From the NCBI GenBank assembly GCA_964016885.1, contig OZ024740.1:143530001-143594000 (forward strand): a stretch of DNA of 64,000 nt. Direction: 5' to 3'. The position numbers and the translations under genes are program-made. The DNA comes from Eledone cirrhosa. Lineage: Eukaryota. Position 1 is the first letter of the stretch. The number at the start of each line of letters is the position of its first letter. Under the pieces are notes generated by a model. The model worked only from the letters and a program-made list of their open reading frames with translations. It was not told the origin of the DNA and ran no database searches. Shown here piece by piece: positions 22,904 to 36,009 of the stretch.

Positions 22904-25520
22904 ATCATCACCGTTTTACGTTGGTTCTTCCACGCTAGCATGGGTTAGACAGGTTGTCCTGTTGTGAGCAGTGTCTGGTCGGCTGACTTTGTCTTGCTCA
23001 TATGGGAACTGATTCTGGCTTGATTTCTACAGCTGGATGCCCTTCCTAACACCAACCTCATTCACAGTGAGTGCTGGGTGCTTTTTTTTCCATGGCACCT
23101 ACACATCCACTTTACAGTGTGGGCTGGGTGCTTTTTTGCCGTGGCACCTCCACGACCACTTTGCAGTGAGAGGGGGTGGAGGCATATTGTCTATATGCTT
23201 CAGCTTCAGCTTGTACCCATGGGATGTCGGGTCTTCTGTATTATTGCATGATGCCAGAGTTCGCAATTGGGTAAGGTCGGCTTTTATCACCTCATTCCAG
23301 ATCTTCTTGTGTCTCCCCACTCCGTGGCTTTCATTGACTTCTAGTGCTCTGCACCTTTTTATGCAGCTGTCATCCTTCATACGCATCACATGTCCATACC
23401 AACGCAACCTCCTCCTGCACACAGCATTTGATTCCTCTTATGCTCAGTCTCTCTCTCAATTCGTTTATGCATATATTACTATTACACATCCATCGGAGCA
23501 TGCAAGCTTCGTTTCTTTTTAATCTACTACGCAAGTCTTCTATAGACAGCGCCCAGGTCTCACTACCATGTAACATTGCTGTTCGTATACACGCATCACA
23601 CAGTCTGCCTTTCATTTTGAGGGAAAAGCCTTTTACAGCTAGCAGTGGCAGTAGCTCCCTGAACTTCTTCCATCCCGTTCTTACCCTAGTTATTGTACTT
23701 TCCGAACACCCACCTCTGCTGCTAATTCGGTCACCTAGGTAGCAAAAGCTGTCTACTGTTTCTACAGAGCCCTCCCAGAGTTTGGTGGTGCTTGTTTCCC
23801 GTGGTCGCTTGCTGCTTGCTGTCCCAGCACAGCTGCTACATGTGAAGCCTACATTCTTAGTTAAGCTTCCTGAGATCCCACTACATCTCTTGCGTACCCA
23901 TTGTTTGCATTTGGGGCAGAGGATGGAGTTCCTACCTACACCTTTCCTACATACTGAGCAAGGCCATTTCCCTGAGGGGATCTGGGTTCTGTTTTCTCAT
24001 CTACTTACAAGGACCTTAGTCTTTGTTAGGTTGACTTTGAGACCCTTTCTTTCTAGTCCCTGCTTCCATGTTTAGAATTTCTTCTCTAGTTCTACCATAG
24101 ATTCAGCTATAAGTGCAAAGTCATCTGCATATAGGAGTTCCCATGGGCATCTGGTCTTAAACTCCTCCGTTATTGCCTGCAAAACTAAAATTAACAGGAG
24201 AGGGCTAAGAACAGAGCCCTGGTGGACACCAACCTGTATGCTAAATTCCTCGCTATAGTCATTGCTAACCGTAACTTTGCTGACTGCTCCCCTTTCACAA
24301 GCCATTCATCTACTCCTAGTTTTCTAAGAGCCCACCAGATTATAGCAAGGGGGACTCTGTCGAAGGCTTTTTCCAGATCGGCGAATGCCAGGTAGAGCGG
24401 CTTTTAGCTAGGTAGTTTTCCTGTAACTGCCTCACAAGGAAGAGGGCATCAGTGGTGCCTTTTCCTGGCACAAAACCAAATTGCATCTCATTTAGTTTTA
24501 CCCAGTCCCTAATCAACTGTGCTATAACTCTTTCTGTTACTGTCATGACCTGGTCCAGCATCTTTATACCTCTATCTAGTGCATCACCTTTACCCTTGTA
24601 GCAGTTGACAATGATGCTGCTACACCAATCCTTTGGTATGACACCCTCTAGTATTACATGGTTAACAATATGTGTGGTTATGGTGTGACCTACCAACCCA
24701 GATGCCTTCAGCATCTCGGCTGCTATACCCGATGGACCAGTTGCCTTCCCATTCTTCATATCTTTGATTGCCTTACTTACTATGCTGCTGCTGACTTGTA
24801 CTGCTGGCCCCTCTATAGGGTCCACTTAGGGTAGGGTCTCTTTTTCCCATGCATTCTCCTCATTTAGTAATCTTTCATAATGGCTCTTCCATGCATCTTT
24901 CTTCTCAGCACTTGTGAGGGCAAGCTCACCTTTATCATTCTAGATACACTTCTCTCCAATGACATCACAATTCTTTCTGACACACTGCCTCGCAATCTTG
25001 AACACCTCCTGTTTCTGGTCCTCATGTTGCAAAACATGCTTGAATTTTCTATCTTCTGCTTCCCTTCTAGCTAAGTATACTTGTCGCCTAGCTTTCCTCC
25101 TGGTCTCTATGTAATGTACCCTGCTTCCCCCGTTCTTCCATTCTTTCCATGCCTGTCTCTTGGCCTTAACTGCCTCATCTACCTTATTGTTCCACCACAA
25201 AGTCACTCTCCTCCTCTCTGTGGTCTTGCTCCAACCACAAATCTCATCCATCGCCTTTAGTAAGTTATTTTTTAGGAATTCCCAGTGCTCTACTACATTG
25301 AATGTCTCTATCTGTTCTTCTTCGAGTAAAATATCTTTTAATCTGTTACTGGCTGAGGGGTCTTTCAGCTTCCAGATCTTTCTTCTCCAGGTTGCCTTCT
25401 GTTTCCAAGTTCGTCTAGTTCTGACAGTGAAGTCGCTGACAACTAAGTTATGTTGGGAAGTACATTCCTCACCAGGGAAGGCTTTTGTGTTTACTACCGT
25501 CCATTTATCACGTCCTCTCT
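22904..25520 (-). mobile_element. RTE LINE, decayed, long copy
   Basis: Minus-strand ORFs with QFGFVPGKGTTDA, GVHQGSVLSP, YADD and HGSETW. Confidence 0.93.
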
Positions 25521-25545
25521 CTCTCTATATATATATATATATATG

Positions 25546-26781
25546 ATCATCATCATTTTACATCCGCTTTTCCCTGCTTGCAAGTGTGGGATGGGTCCTC
25601 TTCAGCACAGCATCTCTCTATTTGTCACGCTTCTTCGTCATCTCTTCAGTGAGTTTCAGCGATCTGTGGTCAGCTCTCACCACCCAAACCCACGTTTTTC
25701 ACGGTCTTCCTTTACTGCGTCTTCCTTCCACTGGGATTACTTGACACTTCTTCACTGTCACATGGTCATTCAAACGCAGTTATCTCTCCTGCACACTACA
25801 GTTTATTCCTCTTATACACAGTTTCATTCTCAACTCGTCCATGCTTGGTCGTTCACGCACATTGACATTGCACATCCATCGGAGCATGCTTGCTTCATTT
25901 CTCTCCCGCCTTCACATATCCTCCACAGTTGCTGCCCATATCTCACTGCCATGTAGCATCACGCATCTCACCCAGGCTTTCATTTGTAGAGAGAAACCCT
26001 TCATTGTCAACAGAGGAAGCAGCTCCCTAAACTTCTTCCATCCTGTCCTTATTCTAGATACTATGGCCTCGGAGCATCCTCCTCTCTTGCTAATTTGCTC
26101 ATCTAGATATCGGAAGCTATCAACCACCTCTATAGATCCTATCTGCGTTTGAAAAATGTGCCTATCACTGACACTTCTACTATCAATTTTCCCTGAACAT
26201 CTACTACATATGTAGTTTTCCTTTCCTGTTATTTTGCCTGCTATCCCACAAAAAACCTTTTGTGTACCCAAGATCTGCATTATATACATTCTATAGAGTT
26301 TATGCCAACTCCTTTTCTACATATCGAACATGGCCATTTTCCTGATGGAATCAGAGTTTTGTCCTCTTTCCTACTTATCAATACTTTAGTCTTTGCTAGG
26401 TTCACTCTCAGTCCTCTTGATTCCAACTGCTGTTTCCACAGTTAGAATTTATTCTCTAGCTCCTCTACTGATTCTGCTATAAATACCAGATTGTCAGCAT
26501 AGAGAAGTTCCCATGAGCAGCCAGTGTTAAACTCCTCTGTTATGGCTTGGAGAACTATAATGAATAAAAGTGGGCTGAGGACCGAACCCTGATGTACTCC
26601 TACTTGTATCTGGAATTCCTCACTAAGCTCCATTCCTACTCTCACTTCACTGACAGCACCTCTGTACATAGCTTGCACTGTCCTCACAAGCCATTTGCCT
26701 ATACCTAGTTTCCTTAGAGACCACCAGATGACAGATCAGGGTACTCTATCAAAGGCTTTCTCTAGGTCAACAAAAGCTAAA

Positions 26782-26785
<4 letters not shown>
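25546..26785 (-). mobile_element. RTE LINE, related subfamily, 5'-truncated
   Basis: GVHQGSVLSPLLF, YADN, FRYL and HGSE motifs; (CAT)n tail at the left end. Confidence 0.9.
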
Positions 26786-26828
<43 letters not shown>

Positions 26829-26908
26829 TTTGTATATGGTTAATTATGCTAATTAGAAGAAGAAATGGTATATATTTTAATATCTGATGATTCTAAAGAC
26901 ATGATTTA

Positions 26909-26947
<39 letters not shown>

Positions 26948-27079
26948 CTTCATCATCATCATCGTCATCGTTTAACGTCTATCTTCCACGCTAGCATGGG
27001 TTAGACGGGTTTGTCCCACTTGAGGCAAGATTGGTCAGGTGACTGTGTCTCGCTCGTATAGAACTGTTTCTGGCAGGTT

Positions 27080-27995
27080 TTCTTTACTGGAATATAGGAT
27101 GCACTCTAAATTTAATATGAATATCCAGGAAAAATAAAATTATGGGCAATTAACACTATTAACGGTATCAAAATTTTAATCACTTTCAAATCTTATAAAA
27201 TCATGACTACTATCATCCACATTGATTTCCTGGCTGTCACCCTCGTTTAATTCCTGAAATATATCATCTTCCTTGCATTCCTCAGAGTCATACCTGTTTT
27301 CAGAATCACTTGTGTCGCTATATTATACAGAAAATCATCTTCGGTGCCATCTAGGGGTTGGTAATGCCACATTTTTTGAAAGCTTTTATAACTGTCTCAG
27401 TTTTCACAGCTCCCATGAGTTTTTCACCCACTGGGTTACCTGGGAAAATGTAGGCCTCCTCATACGTTTTTTCGGTGTCAGTTCATGTTGCGAGTGCTTT
27501 ACCCAATTATCCCATTCCTCTCTCATGTGTGCCTTAAAAGGTTTGTTTAGTGAAACATCAAGAGGTTGTAATTGAGAAGTCAGATCACCAGGTATAACAG
27601 CTATTTAAGAGTTTAAGTTCTTTAACCTCCTTATAGTATTGCACGAAATACCGTACAATGCACAAAATTGGTCCCAAACAAGAAGTGATGGTCTTTTGAG
27701 TAAAGCATCATGACGCTGTGACCATACTTTATCTAGCCATAACTTAATGCCATTTTCGTCCATCCACCCCTTGGAGTGGACATGAATATCAGCTCCTGAT
27801 GGAAAAGTGTCTTTTGGAAATGTTTTTCTTTTAAATATTAGAAGTGGTGGCAGTTTTGTCCTATCTACGCAGCAAGTCAATACTACAGTGTAGTGTCTTT
27901 TTTCTTGACCAGTTGTTTTAACAGTTATTGTTTTGGTGACTTTAACATCCGCAGTCCTGTTCAAGGGAACATAAAATGTCAGTGGCACCTCATCA
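27080..27995 (-). mobile_element. pogo/Tigger-type DDE transposase fragment
   Basis: VPLTF, KLPPLLIFK, KGWMD, LLVWDQF and (other frame) LQPLDVSLNKPFK; TIR-like tttactggaatataggatgcac at ~27083. Confidence 0.88.
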
Positions 27996-28029
27996 TAATA
28001 AACATGAATAATAAAAATAAGACTACTAA

Positions 28030-28222
28030 TTAATTGTTTCTACTTTTGACACAAGGCCAGCAATTACCCAGTACATTACTGGTACTTTATTTTATCGACC
28101 CCGTAAGGATGAAAGGCAAAGTTAACCTTGGAGGGATTTGAACCCAGTCCGTAAAGGGACGTAACTCTATGCTAGAAAGCATGGCATCCGAACCTCTACT
28201 GATACTGCCAATCCACTGCCCT
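28030..28222 (-). mobile_element. tRNA-derived SINE (second family; other copies 37728-37918, 39843-39955, 50385-50570, 55345-55530)
   Basis: Core ggtactttattttatcgaccccgtaaggatgaaaggcaaagtt. The minus strand carries a Pol III B-box (GGTTCAAATCC). Confidence 0.88.
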
Positions 28223-28249
28223 ATTAATACTTCATAGTTGCACAAACAA

Positions 28250-31200
28250 CATCGTTTGCAATTCCTTCAGAATGAAAACACAAACAGAGCATATAAATAA
28301 ATTTACAGTAGAATAACATAACAAATATGTTTTAAATATATACATAAATAACATTACAAATGCCTCGGTAACACTAGAAAGGATGATACAATGAAAGATA
28401 TATTCCTTCAATGCTACAATATTAAAGAAAATGTAAAGGAAGGGGTGAACAACGGAGCCAACACCAGAGCAAAAGACAGCAACATCGCGAGTACTGGGCA
28501 ACCTCTCTAATGATTTTTGAGGCAAGCCAGCACACTCGCAGCGTTGCCTCGGGTGATGGCGAGGCTGATGCGCTGAAACAGCCAAGCACCCTCGCGAGAT
28601 TCGCCAATCACCTCTATTAAGCGAGCCGCCAGTGAGGAAAGGAACCTCAAAGTCAGCGGCCTGACTCGCCCAAACGTCTCGAAAGCCACAGGCTGAAAAA
28701 TATAGCTGGCCGACAGATCAGAGTATTTGAGGGTCTTACTCCACTCGGCTGCAGAAGCTGTGGCTCTCATCCTAACCGCAGCATCCAGGATGTGGGAAAG
28801 AGCAAAGGAGTCACTAACAGTGACTTCCCAGACAAGACACCTTACAAACTGATCTGACTGGACGAAGAGGGAGTCGAAGGTGGCCTTTGAACTTATGCTG
28901 TCCCAAGCTCTCTGACTTCGACTGTCCTCCACCTTCTCAGGAAGAGACAAGCCCAGCTCACTCCATTGCTGGAGAGCTTCACCCAACTCCCTGTTGGAAC
29001 TAGTCCATGTTGGAGAGGAGAGGATGCTGCTCACCAGGGTGGAGCAAACGTGGGTGGAGGAAAGGAAGCAGGGGAGAGAGAGGGATGAACACTTACGGAG
29101 ACCAAGACCCCCAAATTGCTTGGGGAACGCAGCCTGGTCGTTGGACTCCGGAGAGAGTCTAACATTGACCAGACACTCGAGTGTCTCGAAGATTAGGTCG
29201 TCGAAGCGTTGGAGGCAGGACGGAAATCTGTGAGAGGGGCTGACCCTGAGCAAATACAGAAGCTTAGGAATAGACAAGTAGTTCCTGAGTAAGAAGAAAC
29301 CTTGATGGGGTTCGATAACTTCGATATTCCTCAGCAGCTGCTCAAGGCCAACCATCTTCGATTGGAAGGTTGACTCGAAGGCGAGGTCTGTGATTGGGGC
29401 TCCTAAGGAGCACCAAGCCAATGGAAGGGAAGGACTCTGTGAACAGGTCGATCTGCTGTTGGTGTTGAGAAGCCGGGTGGTTGAGGATCCAGAGCTCACA
29501 TTTGGAGCTATTGATCTGGAGACCCTGGCCGCCAAGCTCCTCCACCATCCTGTTGGCAGTGCCGAGAACCATATCCGGAGTTCCCTCCAAACAGGCGTCA
29601 TCGAGGTACCAGACATTGAGGTCCAACTCAACCCCCATCTTGGTGACGTCATCAATGCTCAAGAGTGCGGGCCCGAGTGGGTCACCCTGTTGGACTCCTG
29701 AGGCAGAGGTGATGATCTGGTCACTGAAAGAGAGGTAGGAGGGCTCCCGATAAGCCTGCCAAGCAAAGTGGTAGAGTTGTGGGACCCTCTCTCTTACTGA
29801 GCCGAGGACGATGTCGCGGCTGACGGAGTTAAAGGCATTCCTGAGGTCAAGTTTGAGGATGACCTTGGGGGACGAGGAGGGCAAGTTGGCAAATTCTCTG
29901 GCAGCATGGACACCAGCCTCACATCCCAAGCTGGTACCCACTCCCAGCTGGATGGGGGAAAATTCCTCTGCCAGTGTGTCGGAGACCAACAGCAAACACG
30001 CCTTTGCTGTGAGGCGGCGAAGAGTGCAGCCAACCGCAATGGGGTGCAGGTCCCCGTTGGGTTGGTGAGACCAAATAGCTTCACACCGAAGAACAGTGGG
30101 TGGATGAATGGGAGAACGTTCACTGAAGAGAACTGATTCACAAACTGAGTCAGACTCTCCAAGGGTTCGAGTCCAACGTCACCGGCCGTTAAGGAAATAC
30201 TATCCTTGAGGTGTTGAGGATGACGGCCGTCAATTCCCGCGCCTGACCCAGCTGGGAAGGATGAAATCGCCTTTCTGATGATATCGGTGGTGTAAACCGG
30301 TCTCAAGTATTCTGGTGGTTCGAGCCAGTGTAGCTGATCATCTGGGGCTGCTGATGAGTGCTTCTCTTTCAGTCGCTCAAGAGAATTAGAGTTGCACGGA
30401 GCAAGGGAGGACAGAGAAGAGAGGAGACGGACAGTCCCTTTAATGTCAAATTCGCTGAATTTGGCATTGACCGCTCGCTTGAGGTCTACCGGTTGTCTGT
30501 TGGTGGACAGCGAGCTCAGTGTCGAACTGAGATGAGATGTGGTTGGGGTGGACTCAAATAGCTGGAACTACCGCTTGAGAGAGGACATGAGGGAACCCAA
30601 GTTCGCATTGTGCACGTGAAGAGAGATGAGGGGAAACAAAAACAATTTCTGCCAGTCAGACCTATTATTCGATGAGCAAACGTTTTTCAGTAAATTAGAG
30701 AGGGCACGTGCAAAGCTATTCCGAGCTCCCTTAGGGATCCGGTTAACGAGCTTTGATTTGGAGAAGCCCTGGAGGGCTGTGGCAAAGTCGTCAGTAGAGA
30801 GTTGGTCATCAAATACGTCGGAGCTGAAGTGGCACCGATTACAGGTCCAGTGTTGAAGCCTTTCGGCTTGAGCTTTGGTGATGCCGACACAGCTTCTGTG
30901 GTAGCTTGCATGGCATAGGTGACATTTAATTGTCTTTAAGTACTGGCTAGTGTGGGCACAGAGAGCGCAATCAGGTGGTGGGTTGGCAACAGCGACAGTA
31001 GAGGGCCAGCATTGGAATTCGGTGGAGGGAGTGAGTCAGTAAAGGAGACAGCAGTGGTTCTAACAGTGGGACTAAATGGAGGTTAGGTGGTGGGCTAACA
31101 GTTGTAGGGATGGTGTGGTTGGCCGGGCTGGATTCGTTCGGAATCTGCCGTGAAGGGTAGGTGGGGCCAAGTTAGCTCCTCTCGTGCATGCCGCAGTTGG

Positions 31201-31330
31201 TGGAGAATGAGAGGTCGGAGGCTGACCATTTGTCACATAGTCGTTCCACCAAGCAGGTCTCTTGGTCGTTCGACGCATGCCACCGCCACCTAGAGTGGAC
31301 TAGGTTAAAGTGGTGGCAACTTTAGTAATT
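28250..31330 (-). mobile_element. CRE-clade (restriction-like endonuclease) non-LTR retrotransposon, near full span, frameshifted
   Basis: LKLDLRNAFN, GVQQGDPLGP and WYLDD RT motifs; FGGLGLR; C-terminal PVAFETFG...FQRISLAITRGNAASV. GC-rich relative to flanks. Confidence 0.9.
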
Positions 31331-32529
31331 GGTAATCGCCGGTGATAGTTCGGTCGAAACATCGGCCACCGGCGGGTTGAACGAATACCTAGGTGGGCTG
31401 TGCACGAGGAGGGATAGAAAGTGGAGAAGGGGTGAGAAGATTATGAGTGCGTGGAGATGAGTGTGGTCATGTGAGAGACAGTTAAATACAGTGGGAGAGA
31501 AAGAGCACTGAACATGCAAAGAGAAGGAAAATAAAAAGGCTAGAAATACAAACTCTGAGGCTGTGAGTTTGCGTAATAGTTCGCATGGGTAAATCCGCAG
31601 TAAAAACCGAAATTGTGAGTTTGTGTAAAAAATAAAAAAATAAAAAAAACACATGGGCAAGACTTCAGTAAAATCAAAACCTGAATGATAGTGACACAAG
31701 ATGTTTACAATTACAGAGTGATTACATTACTGGACCTGAATTCTATCAAGTGGTCAAAGCTTCTAATTCTGTGAAATAGAATGGAAGTCTGGATTGACCT
31801 TTCAGTCACACCTGACTATAAATAGATTCAGGTTATTTGAAGAGGGAGATGGGATGGTGCCATGTGTAATCTCTTCTTGTGAAGCTAGTGGTAGTTCCTC
31901 GCCATTTATAATTATTTATTTTTATTTTATATTTGGGGGGTTTGTATTTGAAAAATTGTAAGTGTATGTTAAGGAGGAATGTATAATTGTGTGATACAAT
32001 TGCTCCAGGTTGGTTCCCTGCGTTGTTACCACAACCATTCCTTTAAAATTTTTTTTTTTTCCTCCGAAGATCTGTTGTTCTCCGTCTGAATTTCTGGATT
32101 TGTTTTTTTCTTTCCAGCGTGGTGGGGAAAATAAGGTGTTTCAGATATATACAAGTACAAATTCCAAATATAAAATGACAATAACTTATATATATCAATG
32201 TGATTGATTTCTTGTTTTTGGTGGGTAGTCGCACGTGGCTGTATGTGTTGCTTATGTTGACTTTGTTTGAAAGTAATCAAGAATTTGGAAGGATTTAATT
32301 AAACAACCTCTCCAATATCTAAAAACAGATTTGTTAATTCACATATATATAGTATGTTTAATAATGGAGAGATCCCTGTGGAAATTTCACTAAACTAAAG
32401 AATAGTTTTTAATGTGGTGCAGCCATAGTGAGGTTTTTTTTTTTTCTCTCGTGTATATATTTTTTATGTTGCAGATATATAATCCACATTTTCCAAAATG
32501 CAGATTACGATTATAATTCTTATATATAT

Positions 32530-33560
32530 AGTGGTAGAACACTGGAAGGTAATATCCATAGTGGTAGAGCCCTCAGTCCATGGGACGAGTTAGGTAGAAG
32601 TGGTTACACAACAGTTAGTTCACTATACCTAGAACAATTGTTTCACCTTAGCGGATCCTCAGCTCGTGATAGACATGGTTATACGGAACAGGAAGACAAC
32701 CGTACGAACGCGCATGTGCAGAAACAATCACTTCACACAGGCAATACTAAAATGCGTGCGAGAAGTGTAAGGGAGATAACTGCGAAAGTCTGAAAAGTTT
32801 CTAGTTGATAAGAAAATTAGGATGTTGTTGTTATTCAATCCGGAGCTTTGGAGTTATGTAAGAGGTGTTTCGAGACATGTGGACAACGTGTGAAAAATTC
32901 ATTTCTTGCGTTTAGGAAATCTCTATTGCGTAATCTCTTTAGAATATTTATTCATTCGTCGATACATAGTCCACATGACGGATTGCCCCTTGCGTATGGC
33001 TTGGACTTAGTGATGGCTTTTCATTGAATGGAGTAGTCTATACTTGAGTCCTTGAGGGACCACACATGGCTCGCGAGTTTCGTGGATAAACGTCTGTCCG
33101 GGTACCTAAAGGTCGACTGGTGGTTCAGGAAGCGTTCCTTAAATCGGCCCTCCGCCATACCCACATAGGATTTGACCTCCTGTGGTTGATTTGGTCGGTT
33201 GGAAGTGACCACAGCTTCATAAACTACAGCGGGTGTGTTGCATTGCTGTTGTAGGGGACAAGCTTCAGGCTTACGGCAAGAGCACCCTGGTGGGGTGTTG
33301 CTCTTAGGGCTGTTGGTGATGTGGGCCTTCATGTTCTTAGCGCAGGAGTATCCTAGTTTTACTTTGTGTCGGTTAAAGATGGGGTGGTATTTATGACCAA
33401 TGGGAAAGTGTCTATCTAAGAGGGCTAAACATATTTTGCCTACATTGGTTTTAACGTTGAGTGAGAAGGGAGGAGAGAACCAGATAGTTTGTCTATTGTT
33501 ACGCTTTCTTATCTTATGCTGTTGTTGATAGTGGGTGAGTAAGTGATAGGTTGCGAGAAT
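32530..33560 (-). mobile_element. Penelope-like element 3' portion (GIY-YIG endonuclease) with pseudo-LTR
   Basis: IWFSPPFS..VKTNVGK, CSCRKPEACPL, VVYEA...YVGMAEGRFKERF; pLTR segment 32530-32666 is repeated at 33800-33925. Confidence 0.88.
32628..32666 (-). ncRNA. Minimal hammerhead ribozyme motif in pLTR
   Basis: Minus strand: cgag-CUGAGGA-uccgcuaaggu-GAAA-caauug-UU-cuag. Confidence 0.6.
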
Positions 33561-33886
33561 ATATATATATATATATATACACACATACAGACACACTTCT
33601 TTGTCAATTTTTCAAAAAAATTAGATATACTTTCAAAAATTTAAACACAAGTCTAAATATTTCCTGCTTTTTAATTATAGAATTTTTTCATACAGTAATT
33701 ACCTAAGCCTGACCTACGCCTTTATAAGATGCACAGTGATTTTGAGGGGCAAATTTTGAAAAAAAAACAAAATATATATATATATAGAGAGAGAGAGAGG
33801 TGGGTAGAACACTGGTGGCTTATATCCACAGTAGTAGAGCACTCAGTTCATGGGATGAGTTTGGTAGAAGTAGTGCCACACCATTT

Positions 33887-33925
33887 CTGAGAACAATGTT
33901 TCACCTCAAACGGATCATCAGCTCG
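33887..33925 (-). ncRNA. Minimal hammerhead ribozyme motif in second pLTR copy
   Basis: Minus strand: gag-CUGAUGA-uccguuugaggu-GAAA-cauug-UU-cuc; stem I gag/cuc. Confidence 0.68.
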
Positions 33926-33927
33926 GT

Positions 33928-35935
33928 TTGCTAAAAATAGCAGCTACATAAGCTAAATAGGTGTGCTAAATAGGTGTGCTAAAAATAGCAGCTACATAAG
34001 CTAAATAGAATGTACCTCATTGTGGACGATAGGTGTGCTACAAATATCAGCTAAATAGGAGGAACCTTATGGTTGTCCATAGGTGTGCTAGAAATAGCAG
34101 CTAAATAGGGGGAACCTCATTGTAGTCCATAAGTATGCTAGAAATAGCAGCTAAATAGGGGGGGGGGCCTTATGATGGTCCGTAGGTGTGCTAAAAATAG
34201 CAGCTACATAAGCTAAATAGAATGAACCTCATGGTGGATGATAGGTGTGCTCCAAATAGCAGCTAAATAGCCTTATGGTTGTCCATAGGTGTGCTCGAAA
34301 TAGCAGCTAAGTAGGGGGACCCATATGGTGGTCCATAGGTATGCTAGACATAACAGCTAAAAAAACTTCATGGTGGTCCAAGTGTGTGCTAGAAATAGCA
34401 GCTGCATCAGCTAAAAAAGGGAATCTAATGGTGGTCTATAGGTGTACTAGAAATAGCAGTTAAATAGGGGATCATTATAGTGGTATATAGGTGTGCTACA
34501 AATAGCACCTAAATAGGGGGAACCTCATGGTGGTCAATAGGTGTGCTAGAAACAGTAGGTAAATAGCGGAACCTCATGGGAGTACATAAGTGTGCTAGAA
34601 ATAGCAGCTGCATCAGCTAAACAAGGGAATCTCATGGTTATCCAAAGGTGTACTAGAAATAACAGCTAAATAAAGGGAACTTCATGGTGAACTGTGACCT
34701 AGATATATTAACTAAATACGGGGAACCTCATGGTGTTCCATATGTGTGCTAGAAATAGCAGCTATATAGGGGAACCACATGGTGATCCATAGGTGTGCTA
34801 GAAATAGAAGCTGCATCACGTAAACAGGGGGAATCACGTGGTAGTCCATAGTTGTGCTAGAAATAGCATCTAAGTAAAGGGAACCCATGGTGGTCTATAG
34901 GTGTTCTAGAAATAGCAGCTAAATTAGGGGAACCTCATAGTGGTCCATAGTTGTGCTAGAAATAGTAGCTAAATAGAGGGAACCTTATAGTGGTCTATAG
35001 CTGTGATAGAAATAGTAGTTAAATAAGAGGAACCTTATGGTGGTTCTTAGGTGTGCTAGAAAGGGCTGTTACATCAGCTAAGCAGGAGGAACCTTATGGT
35101 GTATGTAGGTGTGCTAGAAGGAGTAGCTAAATAAAGAGAACCTCATGGTGATTCATAGGTGTGCTAGAAATAGCAGCAAAATAGGGGGATCCTTATGGTG
35201 GCCCATATGTGTGCTAGAAATAGCAGCTAAATACGGCGATCCTCATGTTGGGCCACACGTGTGCTAGAAATGGGAACTACACAGTGGTTCATAGGTGTGT
35301 TAGCAAAAGCATCTAAATTGTTGTAACCCTTTTAGTGGTCGATAGGTGTGCTAGAAATAGCAGCTGCGTCAGGTAAACAGGGGAATATCATGGTGGTCCA
35401 TAGGCGTGCTAGAAATAGCATCTAAATTAAGGGAAACCCATGGTGGTCTATAGGTTTCCTAGAATTAGCAACTAAAAAGGGGGAACTTCATGGTGGTCCA
35501 TAGGTATGTTAGAAATAGCAGCTAAATAGGAGGAACCTTATAGTGGACCATAGATGTGCTAGAAATAGCATCTACATCAGCTAAACAGGGGCAACGTCAT
35601 GGTGTCCATAGCTGTGCTAGAAATAGCAGCTAAATAAGGTCAACCTCATATGTATCCATTTGTTGTGCTAGAAATAGCAGCTAATAGGGGGAACCTCATA
35701 GTGGTACCTATGTGTGCTACAAATAGTAGCTAAATAGGAGGGACCTTATAGTGGTCCATATCTGTGCTAGAAATAGCAGCTTGATGGAGAGGAACCTGAT
35801 GATGGTCCATGGGTGTACTAGAAATAGCAGCTACATCAGCTAAGCAGGTGGAACTTAATGGTTGTCCGTAGGTGTGCTAGAAATAGCGGCAAAATAAAGT
35901 GAACCTCGTGGTGGTCCATAGGTGTCCATAGGTGT
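33928..35935. repeat. Tandem minisatellite array, ~50-bp unit (59-bp variants), roughly 35-40 copies
   Basis: Consensus approximately taggtgtgctagaaatagcagctaaatagggggaacctcatggtggtcca; recurrent 9-bp insertion variant (gcatcagct/acatcagct). Confidence 0.95.
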
Positions 35936-36009
35936 CTCTTCTTTGTCAATTTTGTTATACTATACCATAGGGGAGTAATTAACAAATCAATTTAAGATCT
36001 ATATATCTA

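Noticed and set aside
33928-35935. CRISPR-like repeat/spacer appearance
   Set aside because: The 'spacers' are variants of one sequence (gggaacctcatggtggtcca), the repeats are degenerate, there are no cas genes and the context is eukaryotic. It is a minisatellite.
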